Positions 11,498 through 21,649 of a stretch of 64,000 nt of DNA are shown here, piece by piece. The stretch comes from Bacillota bacterium (GTDB lineage: Bacteria > Bacillota > Bacilli > Bacillales > Amphibacillaceae): the NCBI GenBank assembly GCA_035303185.1, contig DATGRX010000064.1, positions 2,539 through 66,538 on the forward strand, in the 5' to 3' direction. The notes beneath the pieces are model-generated. The model was not told the DNA's origin, did no database searches, and saw only the letters and a program-made list of their open reading frames with translations. The position numbers and the translations under genes were made by a program. Numbering within the stretch: position 1 is the first letter of the stretch; each line of letters begins with the position of its first letter.

Positions 11498-12294
11498 TGG
11501 AAAATTATGAATTACCTCCAAAAAAGAAAACTCCTTTTAAAACAAAATTTAAAAGAATATTTATAACAATTATTGTAATTGCGATCTATATTTGGACATT
11601 TTTAGGAATTGATATCGATTGGGCTAGAGCTTTTGACCGGTTAATTAATAATTTTATGACCGTTATTCCCAGATTGTTTCAACCGGCATGGGGTTCTGCT
11701 GGAGAAGTTGGATTAAAATTACTTGAGACAATTTTTATCGCTTTTGCTGGAACATTGATGGCATCGATTTTAGCTATTCCATTAGGGTTTATCGCAGCGA
11801 GGAATATGACAAATACATTTATTGCAACGCTCGGAAAATGGCTTTTATCTGCAAATCGAGCTTTTCCAGAATTGATTTTAGCTATTTTATTCGTTGTTGC
11901 TGTTGGAACGAATGCCTTTGCAGGGGTTTTAGCGATTGCCATACACTCAACGGGAATGTTAGGTAAGTTATATTCAGAAGTATTAGAATCGATTGATATG
12001 GAAGTTGTTGAAGCAATGGAAGCAAATGGTGCAAATAAAGTACAAGTGCTATTTTATGCTGTACTTCCCCAAGTTATTCCAGAATTTCTATCCTATGCGA
12101 TTTATCGATTTGAAATTGACATCCGTGCTTCATCAGTGTTAGGAATTGTTGGTGCTGGTGGTATTGGAACGATGATTATGTTTGCTTCGATGAATCGAAA
12201 TTGGAATGAAATGGGTCTCATCTTGTTAGGAATTATTTTATTAGTTATCGTTATTGATACAATTTCTACAAGAATCCGGAGAAAAATTGTTTAA
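11497..12294 (+). CDS. phnE: PhnE-type ABC permease 2
   Basis: RAFPEL, GMLGKLYSE, FEIDIRASSVLGIVGAGGIG; TAATG overlap with the upstream permease. Confidence 0.92.
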   Translation: MENYELPPKKKTPFKTKFKRIFITIIVIAIYIWTFLGIDIDWARAFDRLINNFMTVIPRLFQPAWGSAGEVGLKLLETIFIAFAGTLMASILAIPLGFIAARNMTNTFIATLGKWLLSANRAFPELILAILFVVAVGTNAFAGVLAIAIHSTGMLGKLYSEVLESIDMEVVEAMEANGANKVQVLFYAVLPQVIPEFLSYAIYRFEIDIRASSVLGIVGAGGIGTMIMFASMNRNWNEMGLILLGIILLVIVIDTISTRIRRKIV

Positions 12295-12355
12295 CTACTT
12301 AAATAGCACTAAGTTATGTTATGGATTATAATGTTACGTGAAAGGACATAGACTA

Positions 12356-13933
12356 TTGAAGAAACAGACAGATTCATTAAAAATCTTATTTACAAGTGAT
12401 ATCCACGGAACAGCATTACCGAAATTATACGGCACAAATGAAAAAGCAAATATTGGACTTGTAAAATATACTACTATCGTTAAGCAATATAGAGAGAAAT
12501 ACAAAAATGTGTTAGTCCTTGATAATGGAGATTTAATTCAAGGAACGCCTCTTATGACACATTATATGAAGAAACATCGGGATAAACCAAACCCGATGAT
12601 TGATTTAATGAATCATATTGAACTAGATGCTGCTGTTTTTGGTAATCATGAGTTTAATTACGGTTTACAAACTCTTGAAGCTGCTGTTCATCAATCTAAC
12701 TTTCCGTGGTTATCAGCAAATATCCTAGATGAAAAAAGTAAGAAGCCATATTTTGGAAAGCCTTATATAATTAAGCAATTATCTAGTGGTCTAAAAGTAG
12801 CAATCGTCGGCGTGACAACACATTACATTCCAAATTGGGAGTCACCACAACATATCGAAGGATTACATTTTGCCGATAGTTTTGATACATTAAAAAAATG
12901 GGTAGAATATATCCGAGAAACAAAACAACCTGATTTATTAATTGCCTTATATCACGGCGGTTTCGAGCGAGATCTTGAAACTGGTGAACCTACTGAAACA
13001 TTAACTGGTGAAAATCAGGGGTATAAAATATGTCAAGAGATCGAAGGTATCGACATATTATTGACAGGACATCAACATAGAAAACTAGTAGAAAAAGTAC
13101 ATGACGTATTAGTACTTCAACCAGGTAAAGATTTAACAGTTTATGGAGAAGTTGATGTACATTTTCAAAAGCTAGACAATGAATGGAAAATTGAGGAAAA
13201 ACGGGCACATCTTCGAGACTTATCTAAAAGAAAATCAGATGAGCATGCAGTAAAACTTGTAGAAGATTTAGAGGCATCTACCCAAAAATGGTTAGATGAA
13301 CCTTTAGGGACAATAGAAGGTAATATGGAAATTACCGATCCATTTCAAGTTAGATTAGAAAAACATCCTTTCATTCAATTTGTTCAACAAGTCCAAATGG
13401 ATGCAACGGGTGCAGATATTTCTACAACGGCGCTATTCAATAACGATATGAAAGGCTTTACTAAACATGTCACAATGCGTGAAGTCGTCTCTAACTATAT
13501 GTATCCAAACACTTTAGTCGTTTTAGAATTGACAAAAGATGATATCATTGCTGCACTAGAAAAAAGTGCTGAATATTTTTCATTAAATGAACACGGGGAA
13601 ATTATTGTTAATCCATCATTTGTATCACCAAAAGTTAGACATTATGATTATGATATGTGGGAAGGTATTGAATACTCTATAAATGTGTCAAAACCAGTCG
13701 GAAATCGAGTGGAAAGAGTTACTTATCAAGGAAAACCATTACAAGCTTCTGAGACATATCATGTTGTTTTAAGTAATTATCGAGCAAATGGTGCCGGTGG
13801 TTTTGATATGTATAAAAATAAACCGATTGTTCAGGAAGTACAAGTAGAGATGACTGAACTAATTCGAGCTTATTTTGAAAATAACCCTGTTGTACGAGCC
13901 AAATATACGAAAAATTTTACGATAACATCATAA
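12356..13933 (+). CDS. Bifunctional metallophosphoesterase/nucleotidase, CpdB/UshA family, no signal peptide
   Basis: Metal motifs SDIHG, DNGDLIQG, GNHEFNYG, YHGG, GHQH; nucleotidase C-domain YMYPNTL, YDYDM, SNYRA; probable TTG start at 12356 after AAAGGA. Confidence 0.88.
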   Translation: MKKQTDSLKILFTSDIHGTALPKLYGTNEKANIGLVKYTTIVKQYREKYKNVLVLDNGDLIQGTPLMTHYMKKHRDKPNPMIDLMNHIELDAAVFGNHEFNYGLQTLEAAVHQSNFPWLSANILDEKSKKPYFGKPYIIKQLSSGLKVAIVGVTTHYIPNWESPQHIEGLHFADSFDTLKKWVEYIRETKQPDLLIALYHGGFERDLETGEPTETLTGENQGYKICQEIEGIDILLTGHQHRKLVEKVHDVLVLQPGKDLTVYGEVDVHFQKLDNEWKIEEKRAHLRDLSKRKSDEHAVKLVEDLEASTQKWLDEPLGTIEGNMEITDPFQVRLEKHPFIQFVQQVQMDATGADISTTALFNNDMKGFTKHVTMREVVSNYMYPNTLVVLELTKDDIIAALEKSAEYFSLNEHGEIIVNPSFVSPKVRHYDYDMWEGIEYSINVSKPVGNRVERVTYQGKPLQASETYHVVLSNYRANGAGGFDMYKNKPIVQEVQVEMTELIRAYFENNPVVRAKYTKNFTITS

Positions 13934-13951
13934 ATTTATAATTGAAATAAT

Positions 13952-13994
13952 AAAAAACGATCTTATCCCTTAATATTGGGAAAGATCGTTTTTT
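13952..13994. terminator. Bidirectional terminator between the phosphoesterase gene and spoVB
   Basis: AAAAAACGATCTT.TCCC-loop-GGGAAAGATCGTTTTTT. Confidence 0.8.
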
Positions 13995-14011
13995 AGTCTA
14001 TTAATGGAGTA

Positions 14012-15562
14012 TTAATTAAACCAATCTTTTATGATCGGAATTTGTTTAAGTTCCTTTCGGGAAATAATGTTTAGTAAAAAAAGAAGAACAATATAAATAA
14101 TAAAAAGAATTAATAAGGAAATGCTTAAAGAAATGAAGGTCTCATTGCGAACATATAAATTATACGTAAATGTACTAGCAAACCATGTTAGTACTAAAAG
14201 TAATGCTAATTGCATGATATCATTTACTTTCATAAAAAATTGAATCGTTTTTTTCAAGGTGACATAATGTAAAATCGTAATTAAGAGTACACCAACAATC
14301 ATTCCAATGACAACACCATTCATTTGAAAATTAGGATGAGAACCAAGCATAAATATAATAGTTAATTTAACAATATTTCCGATAAAGCTATTCCACATTG
14401 CTAATTGCGCTAAATCAAGCGCTTGTAAAGATGCTTGCATTGGAGTTTGAATGTAAAGTAAAATAAAAAATGGAGCCATAAGAGTTAAAAATGGGCTCCC
14501 GTTACTACTTCCATATATATAAGTTAAAATTGGTGTGGCATATTTTGTGAGAGTAACTGTGGCAATAGCACCAGAAGCTAAAGAAATTCGTATTGTTTGT
14601 TGAATTCGTTTAATCGTTTCACTTCTATTGTTTACAGCTTCTGCATCAGAAATAGCTGGTACAATTGCGATAGATAAGGAATTTGTAATAAATGTTGGTA
14701 AAAAGAGTAAAGGTAACACATAACCCATTAATTCGCCATATTGCTTAGTAATTAAAAGGGTAGAGACTCCAGCTATTGCTAAACTTTGTGTAACTAGGAT
14801 AGGTTCAATAAAACTTGATATTGAATTAATCAATCGACTTCCTGTACTCGGTAATGCAATTGAAAATAAACTTTTCATTGTTTGTTTACTTCTTTTAATC
14901 GTTGCAAACATTTTTGTACGAACAGTAAATAACTTGTTTCCTTTAAATTTTGTATATAAGTATAAAAATGAACTTAATTCTCCAAAAAAGACACTTAGCA
15001 TGGCGGCGGCTGCAGCAAATTGTACACCGTAAGGTAAAAATATTCGAACAAAAAAGATGACCAGAATAACTCGTACGACTTGTTCAATAATGAGTGCATA
15101 GCTTTGTGGTTTCATATTATGCATACCTTGAAAATATCCCTTAATGACTGAAGAAAATGCGATGAATGGAATCATTGGAAGCATGGCAAGTAAGGGATAT
15201 ATTGTGCGAGGATCGGTAAGTAATCGTGTTGTTATAAATGAACTAAATAAAAATAAAGTAGACGTAAAAATAATGGATGTTAATCCGATAATGAAACAAG
15301 ACAAACGAATAATTTTTTTAATTTCTTCTTTATCATTTTTTGCGTTTGCCTCGGCAACCCGTTTTGAAATGGCTACTGGAAGCCCTACTTGTGTTAACGT
15401 CATGATTAAAAAAAGGGAAGGAATCACCATCATATAAAGCCCAACACCTTCTTCACCCATGAGTCTAGCCATGACTAAACGATTTAAAAAGCCGAGAAAT
15501 CTCGTAATCATACCAGCAATCATTAAAATAAATGCACCTTGAAGAAATGTTTGTCTTGTCAT
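14012..15562 (-). CDS. spoVB: Stage V sporulation protein B (MurJ-family flippase)
   Basis: MTRQTFLQG, EEGVGLYMM, GLPVAISK; multi-TM MOP family; divergent from comN. Confidence 0.95.
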   Translation of the reverse strand: MTRQTFLQGAFILMIAGMITRFLGFLNRLVMARLMGEEGVGLYMMVIPSLFLIMTLTQVGLPVAISKRVAEANAKNDKEEIKKIIRLSCFIIGLTSIIFTSTLFLFSSFITTRLLTDPRTIYPLLAMLPMIPFIAFSSVIKGYFQGMHNMKPQSYALIIEQVVRVILVIFFVRIFLPYGVQFAAAAAMLSVFFGELSSFLYLYTKFKGNKLFTVRTKMFATIKRSKQTMKSLFSIALPSTGSRLINSISSFIEPILVTQSLAIAGVSTLLITKQYGELMGYVLPLLFLPTFITNSLSIAIVPAISDAEAVNNRSETIKRIQQTIRISLASGAIATVTLTKYATPILTYIYGSSNGSPFLTLMAPFFILLYIQTPMQASLQALDLAQLAMWNSFIGNIVKLTIIFMLGSHPNFQMNGVVIGMIVGVLLITILHYVTLKKTIQFFMKVNDIMQLALLLVLTWFASTFTYNLYVRNETFISLSISLLILFIIYIVLLFLLNIISRKELKQIPIIKDWFN

Positions 15563-15607
15563 TTGTGTGACCTACCTTCTCAAAAATTTAAATTTCATAT
15601 ACAATGA

Positions 15608-15641
15608 TATATATGCAAATACATCGTCCAAGCATGACAAG
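15608..15641 (-). promoter_or_regulatory. SigE promoter of spoVB
   Basis: Minus strand TTGTCATGC-TTGGACGATGTATTTG-CATATAT fits the SigE -35/-10 pattern. Confidence 0.7.
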
Positions 15642-15663
15642 TAATAAATGAGGGGGAAAAACC

Positions 15664-15954
15664 ATGGCAAAAAAGACGGTGGAGGAATGGAGACCATACG
15701 TTCAAGAAGTATTAGAAAGTAAGACAAAAGAGTTTCATTCTTTAGGATATAGCCGAGTTACGCCTGATGAACTTTGGCATTGTTTAATACATAATGTATG
15801 GAATGGAAATCCAAAATTGAGACTTCATGCAATTGTTAGAGATATTTTTAAATTAAAAACGCAGGTGTTTATGAATTATTTAACGATGAAAGCATATCAA
15901 GATGATGATCTACTTGAATCTATAGAAGCATTGACGCAGGAAGAATCATCATGA
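15664..15954 (+). CDS. comN: Post-transcriptional regulator ComN (YrzD)
   Basis: LESKxxEFHSLGY, LWHCL, FMNYLT; lies between spoVB and secDF. Confidence 0.85.
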   Translation: MAKKTVEEWRPYVQEVLESKTKEFHSLGYSRVTPDELWHCLIHNVWNGNPKLRLHAIVRDIFKLKTQVFMNYLTMKAYQDDDLLESIEALTQEESS

Positions 15955-15985
15955 GTTGTGATTGTAAAGGGAGGCCATTTAGAGT

Positions 15986-18244
15986 ATGAAGAAGCATAGA
16001 GGTAAAATTATAGCCTTTTTTATTATTGTATTAATGTTTGCTGGCGTTATTAGTACAACAGTTACAGGTATTAGTAAAAAAATAAATTTAGGATTAGATT
16101 TACAAGGTGGATTTGAAGTTTTATATGAAATCGAACCGGTTGATGAGAGTCAAGAGGTTAATCAACGATTGATGGAATCAACCGTACAAACCTTATACGA
16201 TCGCGTAGACAGGTTAGGGATTAGTGAAGCGAACATTTCAACAGAAGGAGAAAACCAAATAAGAGTTCAACTAGCTGGAGTTGAAGATCAAACAGAAGCT
16301 CGGGAAATGTTAGCTACTTCTGCAAGGCTTTCCTTTCGTGATGTTCATGATGAGGAGCATTTAGATGGTTCAGATGTACGTGAAGGTAGTGCAAAGCAAG
16401 ATTTTAATCCAGAAACAAATGAACCTGTTGTAACATTAGAATTAAAAGATGCGAATAAGTTTGGGGAAGTAACAGAAACAATTAGTCGAATGGGTTCACC
16501 TAATAATTTACTTGTTATTTGGATGGATTTTCAAGAGGGAGATTCCTTTGAAGAAGAAATTACAAAAGAAGACCCTAAGTTTGTTTCTGCACCATCTGTT
16601 GATCGAAGGTTAAATACAGATCGTGTTGAAATACGAGGAAACTTTACGATTGAATCGGCTCAACATTTAGCAGATATCATTAACTCAGGATCTCTTCCAG
16701 TTCATATGGATGAACTATATTCAACATCTGTTGGAGCACAATTTGGAGAAAAAGCATTAAATCAAACTGTATTTGCCGGAATGATTGGTGTAGCACTTAT
16801 CTTTGTTTATATGATTTTCGTTTATCGTCTCCCAGGGTTAATTGCATCGATTAATTTAGGAATATATATATATTTAATATTACTTATTTTCCAATTAATG
16901 AAAGGTGTTTTAACATTACCAGGAATCGCTGCTCTTATCCTAGGGGTCGGTATGGCTGTTGATGCAAACGTGATCACCTTTGAACGAATTAAGGAAGAAA
17001 TTAAATCAGGTAAGTCAATTAGAGCTTCATTTAGTTCCGGAGGAAAAAATGCTTTAGTTACTATTTTAGATGCTAATATTACGACAATGTTAGCAGCAGT
17101 CGTCTTGTTTTACTTTGGAACAAGTAGTGTTAAAGGTTTTGCAACAATGCTTATCGTAAGTATTTTAGTGAGCTTTTTAACAGCTGTTTATGGAACAAGA
17201 CTGCTTTTAGGTCTTTGGATTAACACCGACTTTTTAAAGAAACGATTTTCATGGTTTGGCGTTAAAGAGGAAGATATCCAAGATATTGCGGATACGACCT
17301 TTAGAGAACCAACTTTTGCTAGAAGGAAATTGCAAATTGTTCCCCATCAAAAGAAAATCTTTACTTTTACGACAATCGTTCTTATTGTCGGTGCATTGTC
17401 GTTAACGATATTTAAATTAAATCCAGGTATTGATTTTACAAGTGGTTCTAGAATTGAGGTTTTAGCAGATGAAACATTATCAGCAGAAGAAGTTCAAGAA
17501 GATCTAGAGGCGCTAGATTTAGAACCCCAGTCTGTCGTTTTATCAGGAGAAGATAATGAATTAGCAATTACTCGATATGACACAGTTTTATCAAAAGAAC
17601 AAGTTGCAGAAATTAATGAGTTTTTCTCAGATAAATATGGTTATGAACCTAGTGTAAGTGTAGTTTCTCCAATTGTTGGTCAGAAATTAGTAAAAGATGC
17701 GATTTACGCTTTAGCAATTGCAGCGATTGGTATGATTATATATGTAACATTTCGGTTTGAGTTTTTCTTCGGAATTACGGCAATACTTACATTGTTACAT
17801 GATGTATTTTTCATGCTCGTTATTTTTAGCTTTACCCGAATAGAGTTTGACGTAACTATTGTTGCCGCTATTTTAACTATCGTTGGATATTCGATTAATA
17901 ATACGATTGTAATATTTGACCGGATAAGAGAGAACATACGATTAGAAGGCCAAGTGAGATCGTATAAAAAGTTAGCAAAAATTGTAAATCGTAGTGTTTT
18001 ACAATCTTTAACCCGAAGTATAAACACGACAGTTACAACATTAGTTGCTGTTTTATCTTTCTTAATTTTAGGTGCGCAAGCAATCGCATCCTTTGCCATT
18101 GCCCTTGTTGTAGGCTTAGTCGCAGGACTTTATTCTTCTGTATTCTTAGCGTCACAACTATGGTTAGTCTGGAGAGGAAAACGAATTAAAGAAAAACCTC
18201 TAGACTTCCGTAAGAAAAAACGTGTAGAAGGACCACAAGTATAA
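15986..18244 (+). CDS. secDF: Fused protein translocase subunit SecDF
   Basis: LGLDLQGG, GMAVDAN, ILDANITT, GIDFTSG, GYSINNTIVIFDRIRE. Confidence 0.98.
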   Translation: MKKHRGKIIAFFIIVLMFAGVISTTVTGISKKINLGLDLQGGFEVLYEIEPVDESQEVNQRLMESTVQTLYDRVDRLGISEANISTEGENQIRVQLAGVEDQTEAREMLATSARLSFRDVHDEEHLDGSDVREGSAKQDFNPETNEPVVTLELKDANKFGEVTETISRMGSPNNLLVIWMDFQEGDSFEEEITKEDPKFVSAPSVDRRLNTDRVEIRGNFTIESAQHLADIINSGSLPVHMDELYSTSVGAQFGEKALNQTVFAGMIGVALIFVYMIFVYRLPGLIASINLGIYIYLILLIFQLMKGVLTLPGIAALILGVGMAVDANVITFERIKEEIKSGKSIRASFSSGGKNALVTILDANITTMLAAVVLFYFGTSSVKGFATMLIVSILVSFLTAVYGTRLLLGLWINTDFLKKRFSWFGVKEEDIQDIADTTFREPTFARRKLQIVPHQKKIFTFTTIVLIVGALSLTIFKLNPGIDFTSGSRIEVLADETLSAEEVQEDLEALDLEPQSVVLSGEDNELAITRYDTVLSKEQVAEINEFFSDKYGYEPSVSVVSPIVGQKLVKDAIYALAIAAIGMIIYVTFRFEFFFGITAILTLLHDVFFMLVIFSFTRIEFDVTIVAAILTIVGYSINNTIVIFDRIRENIRLEGQVRSYKKLAKIVNRSVLQSLTRSINTTVTTLVAVLSFLILGAQAIASFAIALVVGLVAGLYSSVFLASQLWLVWRGKRIKEKPLDFRKKKRVEGPQV

Positions 18245-18253
18245 AGTTTATTC

Positions 18254-18291
18254 GTAAGCATTCCTTACATGAACAAGGAATGCTTACTTTT
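18254..18291 (+). terminator. Intrinsic terminator after secDF
   Basis: GTAAGCATTCCTT-loop-AAGGAATGCTTAC followed by T's. Confidence 0.8.
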
Positions 18292-18320
18292 ATTATACAA
18301 AAATGAAGGAGCTGATCCAT

Positions 18321-18623
18321 TTGAGAGGACAAACATACGTTATTTTAACAATTATATTTATTATCATCATTGCCGTATTTGCCGTATTAAATATTGAATC
18401 TGTTGAAGTAACATATTTCTTTTGGAAGGTTAAATCACCTTTAATTTTAATTATTTTATTTTCGGTTTTATTAGGGGTCATTGTGACTACTTCCGTCAGT
18501 ATGTTTAAATATATTCAACTTCGAAGAAAAAATAGAGAGTTAAAACAAGAAATAGTTCAACTAGAAAGCATTTTATCTAAACATGATCTACTAGAAAAAG
18601 AAGATAAAAATAAGAGTAGTTAA
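18321..18623 (+). CDS. yrvD: LapA/DUF1049 family membrane protein (YrvD)
   Basis: TTG start after AAGGAG; AVFAVLN...V.YFFW...PLILIILFSVLLG plus coiled coil; upstream of recJ. Confidence 0.8.
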   Translation: MRGQTYVILTIIFIIIIAVFAVLNIESVEVTYFFWKVKSPLILIILFSVLLGVIVTTSVSMFKYIQLRRKNRELKQEIVQLESILSKHDLLEKEDKNKSS

Positions 18624-18677
18624 CTCATTGCAGGCTTCACCTTCCTCTAGTATAATAGAATAGTCAGGAGTGAAGTC

Positions 18678-20975
18678 ATGTTACGAAGTAGAGCTACATG
18701 GAAATTTTCATCGACTGAAGAAGATGAGATTACTGATATTAATGATATTTTACAACAATTATTTAAACAGCGTGGATTATATACAAAAGAAGATATTGAA
18801 AACTTTTTATCGCCAAAGCTTGATCAATTGCAATCACCTGCAGACCTAGCAATGATTGATCAAGCAGTTAAACGTGTAAAAAATGCTATTATGAATGATG
18901 AGAAAATATTAATTTATGGAGATTATGATGCGGATGGTGTTACATCGACTACTTTACTTTTAAAAACAATTCAAGAATTAGAAGGTCATTGCACATTTTA
19001 CATTCCAAATCGTTTTGAAGAAGGGTATGGATTAAATGAAGATGCTATTTATAAGGCTAAGGATAAGGGTGTCAGTTTAATAATAACAGTTGACACGGGA
19101 ATTACATCTTTTGATGAAGTAAACCTTGCACGAGATTTAAACATTGATATGATTATAACGGATCATCATGATATTCAAGAAAAACATCCAGATGCTTTAG
19201 CTGTCATACATCCAGAATTATCCCCGAACTATTCGTTTAAACAGTTAGCCGGTGTTGGTATCGCTTTTAAATTTGCAGAACATTTATTAGGATACTTTCC
19301 AAAACAATACTTAGATTTAGTTGCCATAGGTACAATTGCTGATTTGGTACCACTAGTTGGTGAAAATCGGATACTTTCTTATTATGGATTAAAACAATTA
19401 GAAGAAACAGAAAATATAGGATTAAAAACTTTGAAAAAACAATGTAACATATCGGGGGTTGTATCTGAAGAAGATGTTGGTTTTCGTATCGGCCCACGTA
19501 TAAATGCGGTCGGTAGAATATCAGATGCTGAGTTAGCTGTACAATTGTTATTGAGTGAAGATGAAATAGAAGCAAAACAAATCGTCAAACAAATTGAGCA
19601 GTTAAATAATAAGAGACAGCAGCTCGTACAAGAAATTGTAGAAGAAGCTGAAAATATGGTAGTAGACTTACAAGATAGAGAAGTTATTTTTTTAGCCAAT
19701 GAAAACTGGCATGAAGGTGTTTTAGGAATTGTAGCTTCAAGATTAGCTAAAAAATATTACCGTCCAACTTTTATCTTTACAGTAAATGAAACAACAGGTG
19801 AGTTAAAGGGCTCAGCAAGAAGTATACCATCCTTTGATTTGTTTTCTCATTGTATGGAGATTAGACATTTATTTACTAGTTTCGGTGGACATTCCCAAGC
19901 AGCAGGGATGACATTGCAAGTTAAACATCAAGAGGATGTTATTCAGTTTTTAAATGCTCGTCTAGCAGCCTTAAATAAAATAGATTTAGAAGAAACGATA
20001 GAGATTAGTCATTCAATTTCATTAGCACATTTAACAGAGTCTTTCGTTGAACAAGTAGAAAAGCTAGCACCCTTCGGTATGGAAAATCCAAAACCAATTT
20101 TTCATATAAAAGATACACCCCAAGAAATAAATCAAATTGGTCGAAATAAGAATCATCTAAAACTTCAATACGTTACAAATGGTGAACGCTTTGATGCAAT
20201 CGGTTTTAATTTTGGCCATCTTTACAAACAAATTGCTCCAAATACACCTATATCTATTGTAGGTGAGTTAGGGATTAATGAATGGAATGGCTTTAAAACT
20301 GTACAAATGATTATGGAGGATATCGCAATCTACGAATGGCAATTGTTTGATCACCGAGGAAAAGCAATTGATTCTTTAAACAGTCTTATTAATGGTGAGG
20401 ATTCTTATATTATCATAGCAAAGGATACCGAACAATTTTCAAATATAGATAATGTGTTAACATATGATGAAGCTTTGTCTTTAGAACACTCAATAAAACA
20501 GTTGTTTATTTTTGATTTACCTGAAAAACTAATACGGTTACAAAACATCATAAAAAGGTTTAAACCTGAGCAAATACACGCATGCTTTCAACTAGGAAAT
20601 AGTTTATATTTACAAGCATTTCCTACAAGGGACCAATTTAAATGGCTATATACGTATGTATATACTGAAAAAAGTTTTGACTTTAAATCAAAAATACCAA
20701 AGATTATGAAACATAAAAATTGGTCGAAAGATTTCATTATATTTATGCTCCATGTATTTCATGATTTAGGATTTATTACGTCTGAAAGTGGAATGATTAA
20801 ATATATACCGAATCCTGAAAAACGGCCATTACATGAATCTACCGTTTTCAAGGAAAGAAAAGAAAAAATCGAAATAGAGAAGGCACTATACTTTTCGACT
20901 TACAAACAATTAAAACAGTTATTCAATACATGGATATGTGAAACTACTGAGGAGGAAACTACTAATGGATTATAA
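18678..20975 (+). CDS. recJ: ssDNA exonuclease RecJ
   Basis: [33 protein letters not shown]. Confidence 0.97.
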   Translation: MLRSRATWKFSSTEEDEITDINDILQQLFKQRGLYTKEDIENFLSPKLDQLQSPADLAMIDQAVKRVKNAIMNDEKILIYGDYDADGVTSTTLLLKTIQELEGHCTFYIPNRFEEGYGLNEDAIYKAKDKGVSLIITVDTGITSFDEVNLARDLNIDMIITDHHDIQEKHPDALAVIHPELSPNYSFKQLAGVGIAFKFAEHLLGYFPKQYLDLVAIGTIADLVPLVGENRILSYYGLKQLEETENIGLKTLKKQCNISGVVSEEDVGFRIGPRINAVGRISDAELAVQLLLSEDEIEAKQIVKQIEQLNNKRQQLVQEIVEEAENMVVDLQDREVIFLANENWHEGVLGIVASRLAKKYYRPTFIFTVNETTGELKGSARSIPSFDLFSHCMEIRHLFTSFGGHSQAAGMTLQVKHQEDVIQFLNARLAALNKIDLEETIEISHSISLAHLTESFVEQVEKLAPFGMENPKPIFHIKDTPQEINQIGRNKNHLKLQYVTNGERFDAIGFNFGHLYKQIAPNTPISIVGELGINEWNGFKTVQMIMEDIAIYEWQLFDHRGKAIDSLNSLINGEDSYIIIAKDTEQFSNIDNVLTYDEALSLEHSIKQLFIFDLPEKLIRLQNIIKRFKPEQIHACFQLGNSLYLQAFPTRDQFKWLYTYVYTEKSFDFKSKIPKIMKHKNWSKDFIIFMLHVFHDLGFITSESGMIKYIPNPEKRPLHESTVFKERKEKIEIEKALYFSTYKQLKQLFNTWICETTEEETTNGL

Positions 20976-21480
20976 AAAACACATAAAAATTGTACAAGAT
21001 TTTCCAAAGGAAGGAATAGAATTTAAAGATATTACTCCATTAATGGATAATGGAAAGGCCTTTCGATCTGCTGTAAATGAAATTGTAGATTATGCGAAAG
21101 ATAAGGAAGTCGATGTCATTGTCGGTCCAGAGGCGAGAGGATTTATTATCGGATGTCCAGTGGCATATGCTTTAGAAATTGGCTTTATACCTGTTCGTAA
21201 AAAAGGAAAATTACCAAGAGAAGTTATCGAAATCGATTATGGTCTTGAGTATGGGGAAAATGTTCTCGCTATCCACAAGGATGCAGTAAAGCCAGGACAA
21301 AGAGTGTTAATAACAGATGATTTACTAGCTACAGGTGGAACAATTGAAGCGACAATTAAATTAGTCGAGGAACTAGGTGGAATTGTTGTGGGCTGTGCCT
21401 TCTTAATTGAGTTATCGTATTTAAATGGGATAGATAAGTTAGAGGGCTATGATGTTCTTACATTAATGAGCTTTGAGTAA
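20965..21480 (+). CDS. apt: Adenine phosphoribosyltransferase
   Basis: [26 protein letters not shown]; ATG at 20965. Confidence 0.97.
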   Translation: MDYKKHIKIVQDFPKEGIEFKDITPLMDNGKAFRSAVNEIVDYAKDKEVDVIVGPEARGFIIGCPVAYALEIGFIPVRKKGKLPREVIEIDYGLEYGENVLAIHKDAVKPGQRVLITDDLLATGGTIEATIKLVEELGGIVVGCAFLIELSYLNGIDKLEGYDVLTLMSFE

Positions 21481-21649
21481 TTAATGAACATTAGTAATAA
21501 CAGGTCTGACATATTTTTGTCAGACCTGTTATTATATAAAGTATGTCAAAAGTGTTAATTACTTTACATTTCCAAATAAATTTTTAATACTGATTAAAAT
21601 AGCTAAAATTATTTCACTAATGAAAAAACGAAAGAAACAAGGTGATTTT

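Noticed and set aside
8916-12294. Phosphite oxidation (ptxABCD) or C-P lyase phosphonate catabolism locus
   Set aside because: No ptxD-like dehydrogenase and no phnG-M or phnWX genes; the only linked enzyme is a metallophosphoesterase.
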